Below are positions 29,401 through 36,677 of a stretch of 64,000 nt of DNA, piece by piece. The translations under genes and the position numbers were made by a program. The first letter of the stretch is position 1. Every line of letters starts with the position of its first letter. The notes under the pieces are model-generated. The model made no database searches and had not been told where the DNA came from. It saw nothing but the letters and a program-made list of their open reading frames with translations. Source of the stretch: Candidatus Zhuqueibacterota bacterium (lineage in GTDB: Bacteria > Zhuqueibacterota > Zhuqueibacteria > Thermofontimicrobiales > Thermofontimicrobiaceae); contig JBMOPW010000014.1 in NCBI GenBank assembly GCA_049322915.1, positions 256,001 to 320,000 on the forward strand, given 5' to 3'.

Positions 29401-32002
29401 TACCGTGACGCTGATGGACGCTTACGGCAACAAAATTTCCGGCAAGGCGCTGGCATTTTTCACGACAGGCTCCGGCAATATCCCGACGCCATTCACTGAA
29501 CTGACGAATGCGAACGGACAGGCGGTGGCGTACCTTGCCTCGACACGGGCGGAAGAGAAAACGATCACCGTGAGGGATATTTCCGATGGGATTGACCTAT
29601 TGTCTTCAGCGAAAATTACGTTCACGCCATTGGCAGCCCATGCGATCGGATACGTCTCAGGAACGAATCAGACACGTAACTTTGGGACTGCGCTCAAAGA
29701 TCTGCTCAAGGCCCGGGTGACGGACGCGAATGGAAATCCGATTGCCAATCACGATGTCACCTTTGAGGCCTATGTCGGCGGCGGCTCCATTTATGAAAAA
29801 CAGCCCATCAAAACCGACGCCAATGGGGTTGCTTCGGCGACCTGGATTCTTGGTTTGTCCGAAGAAGTGAATCGCGCCAGGGCAACGGCCTATAGCATCT
29901 CCGGGAGTGTCGACTATATCGCCACAGCGTATGCCAGCACAGCGACAACGCTCAAAAAGATCAGCGGCGATAGCCAGACCGGCACGGCCGGACTGCCGCT
30001 GTCGAATAATTTCATCGCGAGGGTTGTTGATGGCAGCGATAATCCGATCTTCGATTATCCTGTCAAATACAAAGTCAGTTTTGGTGGTGGTAATTTCAAT
30101 GGCGCCTCGTCGATTGAAATACGCACCGATGCATTCGGCAATGCCAGCCGCACATTCACACTCGGTCGGGTGGCTGGTTCCAATGTTGTGACAGTGGAGG
30201 CCTCAGCTCTGTCCGGTTCGCCCCAGGGATTTACAGCTCAGGGTGTTGCCGGCGAAGCGGCTAAAATCACAAAATGGGCTGGCGAAGGTAAAACAGGAAG
30301 CGTCGGCGGACAAATCAGCGGCATCCAGGTCAAAGTAACGGATATTTTTGACAATGCAGTGAGCGGCTACACAGTGACCTTCTCCGTTATTCAGGGAGAT
30401 GCAACTATGAGCGGATCAGGCGCTGTGATCAGTGGCGCTGATGGCGTTGCGTCGGCTACTATTAATGTCGGTTCAACAGTCGGTGAAATTCATGTGATGG
30501 CCTCGGCGCCTGGGATGATTGGCGATGGCGCAAAGATCACAGTGTACGCTGTCGCTTCAGCACCGGTCTCGATGGAAATTTACAAAGGCAATAATCAACA
30601 AGGCACTGTTGGTCGGGAGCTGGTTTACCCTCTATCCATAGTCGTTCTGGATCAATATGGAAACCCGGTGACAGGTCAGAATACCTCTATTTCGTTTGTG
30701 GTGACCGAAGGCACCGGTCAATTGCTCGATGGCCCGGCCGTCTATACCGATGAAAATGGAATTGCATCGGTGCGATTCAAACTGGGTTCGGTTACCGGTA
30801 GCAATTACAAAGTCTGGGCGATCAATAACGGCCTTGCTGGTTCACCCAGGGAATTTCAGGCAACCGGCGTGGGCAACAAGTTCCCACTTTTTAATGCGAT
30901 CAATGATGCATCGCTCCAGGAAAATCAGAGCATATCCTTCACAGTGAGCGCCACGGATGAAGACGGTGATCCGGTTCAGTACGGAATCAGGGATATTCCG
31001 GATGGTGCGGCATTTGACTCAACGAATACAAAACAATTTAGCTGGACGCCCAGTTATCTCCAGGCTGGCAAGCATGTCGTTCATTTCATGGTCAAAGATA
31101 ATAAAGGCGGGTTCGATGATGAGCCGGTTACGATCGATGTTACGAACATCAATCGCATGCCGCAGATTGATTACTTCGAACCGGTAAATCATTTGTTGGT
31201 GGGCCATAAGTCCATTGGCGAGACCTTCCGTATGATCGTTCAGGTTTCGGATCCGGATTACGATGAAGTCACCTATGAATGGTATGACAATGGTCTGCTG
31301 GTTGGATCGCAAAATTATTATGACTTCTTTGTTGTCAGCGAAGAACTTGGCACCCATTATATCGTTGTGAAAATATCCGATCCGTATGATACCATCCAGC
31401 GTGATTGGGAAATCTATGTGAAAACACCGGTCGAACTGGCGAACTTCTCCGGTCATATCGTCAAACGACGAGGCGTCGCGTTGCAGTGGGAAACGACATC
31501 GGAAGTCGCACATTCCGGCTTCAATGTCCTCAGACGCGAGGCATCGGAGAATGCGTATCGTCAGGTGAACACGGAGTTGATTAAATCCAATGGCGCGAAT
31601 TCCTACAATTATCTCGATCAATCGGTCGAAGTGGGAGCCACGTATTCGTACAAATTGGAAGATGTGTCCATCAATGGTCAGCATACGGAGCATGATGCGA
31701 TTACCATATTTGTTGCCAGACCCGATCGTTATGAGCTGCAGCAGAATTATCCCAATCCATTCAATCCAAAGACAAATATTGAATATCAGCTTCCAATGGA
31801 AACGCGAGTCAGTTTAAAAATTTACAACATCATGGGACAGGAAGTGAAGACGTTGATTGATGATGTGAAAGAGGCTGGCTATCACGCGCTCATCTGGAAT
31901 GGGCTGGATAATAGTGGCGTGGCGGTTTCTTCAGGTATTTACTATTATCGCATGGTGACAGGGTCGTTTGTGGAGACGAAGAAGATGGTCCTCCTGCGGT
32001 AG
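23432..32002 (+). CDS. Giant secreted surface protein (~2,856 aa): SGNH/GDSL esterase, FN3, many invasin-type Ig (Big_1-like) repeats, inserted CBM-like domains, cadherin-like domain, T9SS/FlgD-like CTD
   Basis: RBS AGGAGG then ATG 23432; PLGDSITQG, HEGHDG, IGAND, DAIHPNDAGY; repeated SGNxQxG..LxVxVxD..GNPV..GGG; TPVELANF; QNYPNPFNP...KKMVLLR. Confidence 0.9.
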   Translation: MKWINSARFATRVLTLLTLLIVATSGFVWGQTYKIMPLGDSITQGKFSSDQGGYRQYLQGYLTGYSISYNFVGSLSNGTFADKEHEGHDGYTAAQINSNVNGWLSTYAPNYVLLIIGANDISGSIDPSVIVGNIESIVDKIYSYNNSTYILLSSLTPRGDYPADSLTTVLSKYIKRLYEEKRADGYNVRYIGLNEMFKYNENWATEYMTDAIHPNDAGYNVIAETFFHAMINIINGGSGVFEHFNRQVGDLGNIWAYDEADFDIQVTGGQRELHNIAADAEWNHLIIYKAATDPNIVSFKYGTGANAAGIENSGYALLLNEPSYSTAKGYFVRYKTSANALELWRIKDGTISGDEIAVTPSAAPAPTAGSTFKVVISSDADEHRFDCYINDVFAGYVSDPDKFYGNGSDLYAGLLLKGSFNNNIDNFDMTVLGDAVAPAQITNLDAISSTSSSISFSWTAPGDDGTTGRATSYDIRYSESLITSANWHLANKAPAIPAPEAPGSAQAYVASGLNPGESYFFAVKTADEVLNWSAMSNVKEASTSTGGGALLKTDEFNDPNTLTQWWSANPAYVVQSGRLNNVTGVGWGQLAVFKLNVNPVEASLQWAAAPNADAAGIDKAGIATLLDAANYNTANGYLCTIRTGGASPVLYLFKMTAGTPGDLLGSATIAGKNIPAAGDVFKIVTSSDVTGHHFDYYVNEVFYGRLNDVNKFYSNGTDYYAGIELYGGLNNDVEKFTVLNQVGEPKYLEKVSPLSDPGGIVGKKLADSLTVRVLDENYNPVSNLTVDFAVTKGGGSVDITPSPEIRREAEKANVIEGQFEEGVDTQASGGRYMVVNGNGERFLGKLEFNVYIKTAGNYLMFARVKIPDNNTYSFFVQVDDAPALDTLNLSIGAWDLPRTAGVWFWDWVSERGGGEYKIWNLTQGIHKITLTTRWSPNVQIDKILLSSNFSYWPSGTDEWPEYSTDANGIAKAALTLGQTAGENEVQATAPGYTLSGAPQIFTITGNPDVPKLMVATPPTTVTGVGGQQLNSPFEVTLTDAYGNPAYGYNVTFQVTVGNGKLSNGQATHVVTTDVQGKASSYLTLSTESTANEVQVSYTGLPVVKFTATATSGIANTLAITSGNDQSGLVNTTLPTPLKVRVTDSAGAGVRNHNVHFQVTAGGGSLSPAAASGMESFDALPLGKVPSNKTSFIEGTLASTMDVLTDNNGYAQVRLQLGSAAGTNSVTATATKNGQPLSGSPKTFNATGTAGAAYAINYHSGNSQTGAAGMPLGAPFVVKVTDQYNNGIVGHQVVFEIKSGGGSFVTSGPWYSEAGGLAQVTLRLGSTSGVVNEVWASAESNGVPLDDSPVVFQATSGTVTTLTYVGGNNQTGSAGWPLQDSLKVKVLDNYGNPVGGYPVTWTCTGTNKGTVDGLEQVVKNSDSKGISKVQFICGRMPGVAGGAEAKAGSLTGSPYNFIVNVADVDAIHYVSGDAQTGTVGSVLPQPFKAEIIDALGKPIPGFPVVFTVRHGDGKLSGDTTITVQTDNDKVAQTTLTLGPQPGTNNNVVEAAAFMSGKEMLANGGLDIWDGDGPDKWTLTKSASGATVLQNSSDSRSGNCVEMKVTTISAYSTLEDENTYIVTPNVTYELSFWVKGANGGEKIWATFKQGNYYLLSNGDWSSQSDSWMKNQIISQNYKKYSILFTSRNTEGLLGKVKLTLMNNSNATVFFDDVSLIEKNAGGETPLNGSPLTYTASATIGAPNELKYVSGNYQSAVVGNPLESRFLVKVVDVLGNPYTGHPVKFTVKTGGGTLDGQSLTTVTKNTDGNGEAGAILTVGLSSGENNNSVEVVSYKPGTTTNLVASPMTFFASGRASAAKNLEYVSGNGQPASAVREKLAQPFRVKVTDNAGNPVPDHQVQWIVIQGHGTFNNLTDSVKTDPTDATGISDVYYYPGPTAGLTNIVRARSWNGPELSGSPKTFQVETKASSVSAQNSTITATSPIPADGTTKSTITVTLMDAYGNKISGKALAFFTTGSGNIPTPFTELTNANGQAVAYLASTRAEEKTITVRDISDGIDLLSSAKITFTPLAAHAIGYVSGTNQTRNFGTALKDLLKARVTDANGNPIANHDVTFEAYVGGGSIYEKQPIKTDANGVASATWILGLSEEVNRARATAYSISGSVDYIATAYASTATTLKKISGDSQTGTAGLPLSNNFIARVVDGSDNPIFDYPVKYKVSFGGGNFNGASSIEIRTDAFGNASRTFTLGRVAGSNVVTVEASALSGSPQGFTAQGVAGEAAKITKWAGEGKTGSVGGQISGIQVKVTDIFDNAVSGYTVTFSVIQGDATMSGSGAVISGADGVASATINVGSTVGEIHVMASAPGMIGDGAKITVYAVASAPVSMEIYKGNNQQGTVGRELVYPLSIVVLDQYGNPVTGQNTSISFVVTEGTGQLLDGPAVYTDENGIASVRFKLGSVTGSNYKVWAINNGLAGSPREFQATGVGNKFPLFNAINDASLQENQSISFTVSATDEDGDPVQYGIRDIPDGAAFDSTNTKQFSWTPSYLQAGKHVVHFMVKDNKGGFDDEPVTIDVTNINRMPQIDYFEPVNHLLVGHKSIGETFRMIVQVSDPDYDEVTYEWYDNGLLVGSQNYYDFFVVSEELGTHYIVVKISDPYDTIQRDWEIYVKTPVELANFSGHIVKRRGVALQWETTSEVAHSGFNVLRREASENAYRQVNTELIKSNGANSYNYLDQSVEVGATYSYKLEDVSINGQHTEHDAITIFVARPDRYELQQNYPNPFNPKTNIEYQLPMETRVSLKIYNIMGQEVKTLIDDVKEAGYHALIWNGLDNSGVAVSSGIYYYRMVTGSFVETKKMVLLR

Positions 32003-32011
32003 CTATTTTTT

Positions 32012-32041
32012 GGCGGAACCTCTGTGGCAGGAGGTTCCGCC
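32012..32041 (+). terminator. Hairpin after the giant gene
   Basis: GGCGGAACCTC-tgtggcag-GAGGTTCCGCC. Confidence 0.6.
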
Positions 32042-32084
32042 TATAGCTTTTCGGAAATTCAGTGATGTCTGAGAATTTTTTCCT

Positions 32085-32117
32085 AAAAACGACTGCTTGG
32101 GGCAAGCCGTCGTTTTT
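32085..32117. terminator. Second hairpin with A/T tracts on both sides
   Basis: AAAAACGAC-t-GCTT...AAGC-c-GTCGTTTTT. Confidence 0.5.
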
Positions 32118-32151
32118 CACTTTATGTATCTAAACAGAAAGGCGTTCTAGA

Positions 32152-33615
32152 ATGAGTGGGGCTTCTGTGAATTACAAACATGTGCTTTTGGTCAATCCAT
32201 CGATTGACACAGAACAGAAATACGGCAAATTGGCGAATATGCTGTTAACGCCATCCGTGCCGTTCAGCATTGTGCATCTGGGCAGCTTTTTAAAAAGTCA
32301 GGGGTATCAGGTCCGATTGTTCGACGAGCAAATTGAATTGCTCACTGAAGAAAGAGTCCAGCAAATCGTGAAAGAGTTCTCACCCTGTGTAATCGGGTTT
32401 TCCTGCACAACGCCGGGGATGGCGCGGGCGCACAAAATCGCCGCGGACATCAAAAATATCAATCCGGGCATTAAAGTGGTCATGGGCAATATTCATCCAA
32501 CGGTTCTCCCTGAAGAAACGCTGCGGGATAAAAATGTGGATCTGGTCGTGCGCGCTGAAGGCGAATATACCATTCTGGAGTATTTGCAAGCCATTGAGCG
32601 TCAGGGAGAGTTTTCCAAAATTGACGGCATTTCCTATCGTATGAACGGGGGATTCAACCATACAGTGAATCGCGAATATGTCAAAGACCTGGATGTGCTG
32701 CCGCCAGTCGATTGGTCCTTGCTGACTGATACCGGCGGTGATTACAGCGTCGAATGGATTCTGACGTCGCGGGGATGTCCGTATAAATGCATCTTCTGCT
32801 CGGCGCGAAGCGTTTCGGGGTATAAGTATCGATTCAATAGTCCTCAGCGCGTCATCGAGGAAATTGATGTGATTGTCAAAAATTACGGCAAGAAATTCTT
32901 CAGTTTTGCGGATGACAATTTTGCTGTCAAAAAGGATCGCACGCGGGAAATCTGCAATTTGATGATCGAACGCGGGTACAATAAAGAAGTGAAATGGCTC
33001 TGCCAGACCCGGGCCGATGCAGTGGATGAATCGCTGCTGGAATTGATGAAAGAGGCGGGCTGTGAATACATCAGCTTTGGTATTGAAACCGGCACCCAGC
33101 GGTTGTTGGATCTCATCAAAAAAAGCGTCAAGATCGAAACGATTGAAAAGGCGGTGAACATGGTTCACAACGCCGGCATTAAAACCAGGGGATCGTTCAT
33201 GCTCGGCCTGCCATCCGAAACCTACGAAGATTCCCTGGCGACGATTAATTTTGCTCTGAAAATGCCCCTGGATATTGCCAAGTTCAATCTGGCAGTTCCC
33301 TATCCCGGCACTGAATTGCTGAATCTGGCGATCCAGGAAGGACTGGTCGTCACGGACGATTGGTCAAAAATAAATACTGCCGCCGGATTGAGCAATACCG
33401 AGGCATTTTATGTTCCCAAAGGCCGAACCATGGAAGAACTGGCCAGGTTGCAAAAGAAAGCCCACACAAGTTTTTATCTGCGTCCCCGGCAGATCTGGAG
33501 AATATTGAAACGAGAGAATATCGATTTCAATATTCCCAAAATTAGTTCGCCTAAACAATTCTTCGAATTGGTGGCTGCTTCGGCTGAATTCATGATTCAG
33601 ACGCTCAAGAAATAA
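32152..33615 (+). CDS. Cobalamin-binding radical SAM protein
   Basis: N-terminal B12-binding domain (GFSCTT, GNIHPT, RAEGE); TSRGCPYKCIFC (CxxxCxxC); ADDNF; GIETG; PYPGT. Confidence 0.93.
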   Translation: MSGASVNYKHVLLVNPSIDTEQKYGKLANMLLTPSVPFSIVHLGSFLKSQGYQVRLFDEQIELLTEERVQQIVKEFSPCVIGFSCTTPGMARAHKIAADIKNINPGIKVVMGNIHPTVLPEETLRDKNVDLVVRAEGEYTILEYLQAIERQGEFSKIDGISYRMNGGFNHTVNREYVKDLDVLPPVDWSLLTDTGGDYSVEWILTSRGCPYKCIFCSARSVSGYKYRFNSPQRVIEEIDVIVKNYGKKFFSFADDNFAVKKDRTREICNLMIERGYNKEVKWLCQTRADAVDESLLELMKEAGCEYISFGIETGTQRLLDLIKKSVKIETIEKAVNMVHNAGIKTRGSFMLGLPSETYEDSLATINFALKMPLDIAKFNLAVPYPGTELLNLAIQEGLVVTDDWSKINTAAGLSNTEAFYVPKGRTMEELARLQKKAHTSFYLRPRQIWRILKRENIDFNIPKISSPKQFFELVAASAEFMIQTLKK

Positions 33616-33985
33616 TTTGATGATTATTTCCAGTCAATTTGTTTTGCTGAGCCTTTTCGGTGTGAACGATGGGATGATGCCGGTGAAGCTGGAATACAAT
33701 GCGCCCATGATTCATGCCCGAAATTACACCTCTGATTCAGAGCCCTATCCAAAATTTAATTGCAGGGTTATATTTTTTCAACCCAGGGATTAACGAATTC
33801 CCATTTTGCCGAGCAAAAATTTTGCTCAACATCATTGTATTGAAGGTACTACTCACATGTTATTTTTCCTTTCAGCACGATGAACCGCGGAATTGTCATG
33901 ACATGTCCCATCGGTGAAGTGCGTCGTTCAGTTTATGGTAGTGTCCATGAATATGGACAGACAAAATATGTGGATCGAGGAGTCT

Positions 33986-36649
33986 ATGAATATCGGAACT
34001 ACTCTCAGGAAAATACTGTTCCTGATCGCGATGTTGACCTGTCCGGCGATTGGGCAGGATATGGTTCAGAGCGAAGCTGGAAATTTAATTCCAAACGCTT
34101 CATTTTTAGGGCTGCATTATGTGGAACGAATCGGGTACGCGCTGGATGGCGGCGGTGATGTTAACGGGGATGGCTATGATGACTTCGTGATCGGCACGTT
34201 CCACAATGGCGTGGTCGGGCAGGATGGAGGCGCCGTCTACTTAATTTTAGGGAGTTCCAGGTTAACACGTGGGATGAATACCAGTTTGTCCAACGCAGAT
34301 GCCCGATTTTTAGGCGCGGCAGCGTTCGATGCGGCCGGCTATTCGGTCGCCTGTAACGGTGATTTAAACGGGGACGGCTTTGATGATTTCATCATTGGTG
34401 CGCCGGCCGGGAATGATTCAAAACCCAATTGGCCAGGGAAAGTCTATATCGTTTTTGGCAATGCCGGCGCTGCCTGGGGAAATTATTTTTATCTGGGGAC
34501 AAGCAGCAATGTGGTTTTTGACGGTGAAAATGGCCAGGATCTGGCCGGGCTATCCGTCGCTTACATCGGCGACTTGAATGACGATGGCTATGATGATTTT
34601 CTCTGCGGCGCTCCGTTCAATGATCAATATGGCGCCGGCGCCGGTAAAGCCTATCTGGTGCTGGGCGAAGGCGGCGCATGGGATAGCCATTCGTACCTGT
34701 CAGAAAGTGATGCCAGCTTTATCTTCGATCGTGACGGCTCGGAGGTGGGATATTCCGTCGCCGGCGTTGGAGATATCAATAACGACGGCACGCCGGACCT
34801 GGCTATCGGCGCCATGGGCGCCAGCAAGGTGTTCATATTGTACGGTAGAAAAAATGTCAGTTGGGGGATGGATTTCAATCTGCGCAATGCAGATTTACAA
34901 TTGTACGGCAGAGAGAAAGGCGAGGATGAAGGCATCGGCTGGCGAATTGCCGGCAACGGCGACCTGAACGGCGATGGCATTTCCGATGTGATGATTTCCG
35001 CCATCCATAATCACCAGGGCGGCCAATTGGCCGGCAAAGTGTATGTCCTGTTCGGAAAGAACGGCGGCTGGGTGGAATCCGAGCTCAGTCTCGAAAGCGG
35101 CGATGCGTCTTATATTGGTGAAAATTCAGAGGACTACGCCGGCTGGGGATTATCGCTGGCCGGAGATGTGAACCAGGATGGATTCGATGATTTTCTGATT
35201 GGCGCCTGGTACAATGATCAGAACGGAGCGGACGCCGGCAAGGCTTATTTGATCAATGGCAAGAGCAGCGGCTGGGTGAAGGATGTGCGGCTCGAGGAAG
35301 TCACAGATTACTTCCTGGGTGAGCGCGAGATAAATTACGCTGGTTTTGCCGTGAGCACTGTAGGCGATTTCGATGGGGACGGCATCAGCGATTATATCGT
35401 TTCTTCTCCGTACAATAGCGAAGTGCAACAATGGAGCGGCGAAGTGCATCTCTTCGCCAGCCAGGAAATACCGTACTATATTTCTGGCACGATCAATTAT
35501 ACATTGACGGATCAAAAAATCCCTCGGGTTGCAATTCAATCTGCGAACGAACCGGAGGCCATTGCATACACAACGTGGGCGGGCAATTACACATTATCTG
35601 TGACCGGCAAAATGGATCATCTGGTTTTTGCAGCGAAGGGATCGGGCGAACATACTGGCGCGGCTGTTACGTCCTATGACGCAGCATTGATCTCGAGATT
35701 GGCGGTCGGCCTGGGAGCGGATGATCCAGTCAATTCAGACGCGGCGGACGTGAATCTCGATAGTAAAATTACGATGTACGATGCGGCTAACGTTTTGCGT
35801 TACGCAGTCTCACTGCCGCCGCTGGCCGGATCCCATGCCGGCGATTGGAAATTTCAACCGCAGCAGGTCAGCTATTCCTACGTTGTCAATGATTTCAGCA
35901 ACCAGAATTACGATGCCTACATTGTCGGCGATGTGGATGCAAGCTGGACCACTCCCGATTCCGGTTTGAAAAAGCAGTTATTTGATGGAGAACTGAGTTC
36001 GAGGAAAATCGTCGCGTCGCGTGGTGAGATTTCAATACCGATTGAGATACCGGCGCAGACCAGGCTGCTGTCCTTTGATGTGGCCATGAATTACGATGCT
36101 GAGTTGCTTGAATTTGTCCGCATCGACAGGAACGCATCCCTGAGCGATTTCAATATCGCCCTGAACACCAGCCTGCCCAATAAACTGATCGCCGGCGGTT
36201 TTTCTGTCAACGAAGTGAATGTGAGCCAAACGCTTCTGACAGTTGTTTTTAAACCGAGGTTGACAACGTCTCAAAATGCACAAGTCTCTTTTGACCGGGT
36301 GGCAATCAATAATAGCGTATTGCATTTCAGCCCGCTTGAGATTGAAATAGGAGAATCGAACCGAGTGCCTGCGACGTTTGCCTTGCTGCAGAATTATCCC
36401 AATCCATTCAATAATGCCACAGCGATACCGCTGCACGTGGCGCAGTTCAGCCGCGTGACGGTTTCAATTTACAACGCGCTGGGTGAGCATGTCACCACGC
36501 TGGTGGATGAAAACCTGAATCCCGGCGCGTACCAACTTTCCTGGGATGGAACGGATCAACATGGAGTGAGGGCAGCGTCCGGGGTGTATATTTGCAAAGC
36601 GGCATTCCCCTCAGCAACGCAGCACATGAAACTCATTTACATGAAGTAG
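33986..36649 (+). CDS. Secreted FG-GAP (integrin-alpha-like) beta-propeller + dockerin-like + cohesin-like + T9SS/FlgD-like CTD
   Basis: RBS GAGGAG then ATG 33986; seven GD(V/L/I/F)(N/D)xDGxxD repeats; VTSYDAALI..AADVNLDSKITMYDAANVLRYAV; IPIEI..LLSFDVAMNYDAELLEF; QNYPNPFNN. Confidence 0.85.
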   Translation: MNIGTTLRKILFLIAMLTCPAIGQDMVQSEAGNLIPNASFLGLHYVERIGYALDGGGDVNGDGYDDFVIGTFHNGVVGQDGGAVYLILGSSRLTRGMNTSLSNADARFLGAAAFDAAGYSVACNGDLNGDGFDDFIIGAPAGNDSKPNWPGKVYIVFGNAGAAWGNYFYLGTSSNVVFDGENGQDLAGLSVAYIGDLNDDGYDDFLCGAPFNDQYGAGAGKAYLVLGEGGAWDSHSYLSESDASFIFDRDGSEVGYSVAGVGDINNDGTPDLAIGAMGASKVFILYGRKNVSWGMDFNLRNADLQLYGREKGEDEGIGWRIAGNGDLNGDGISDVMISAIHNHQGGQLAGKVYVLFGKNGGWVESELSLESGDASYIGENSEDYAGWGLSLAGDVNQDGFDDFLIGAWYNDQNGADAGKAYLINGKSSGWVKDVRLEEVTDYFLGEREINYAGFAVSTVGDFDGDGISDYIVSSPYNSEVQQWSGEVHLFASQEIPYYISGTINYTLTDQKIPRVAIQSANEPEAIAYTTWAGNYTLSVTGKMDHLVFAAKGSGEHTGAAVTSYDAALISRLAVGLGADDPVNSDAADVNLDSKITMYDAANVLRYAVSLPPLAGSHAGDWKFQPQQVSYSYVVNDFSNQNYDAYIVGDVDASWTTPDSGLKKQLFDGELSSRKIVASRGEISIPIEIPAQTRLLSFDVAMNYDAELLEFVRIDRNASLSDFNIALNTSLPNKLIAGGFSVNEVNVSQTLLTVVFKPRLTTSQNAQVSFDRVAINNSVLHFSPLEIEIGESNRVPATFALLQNYPNPFNNATAIPLHVAQFSRVTVSIYNALGEHVTTLVDENLNPGAYQLSWDGTDQHGVRAASGVYICKAAFPSATQHMKLIYMK

Positions 36650-36677
36650 GTCGTCGATTCAAATAAAGGAAATCGCT

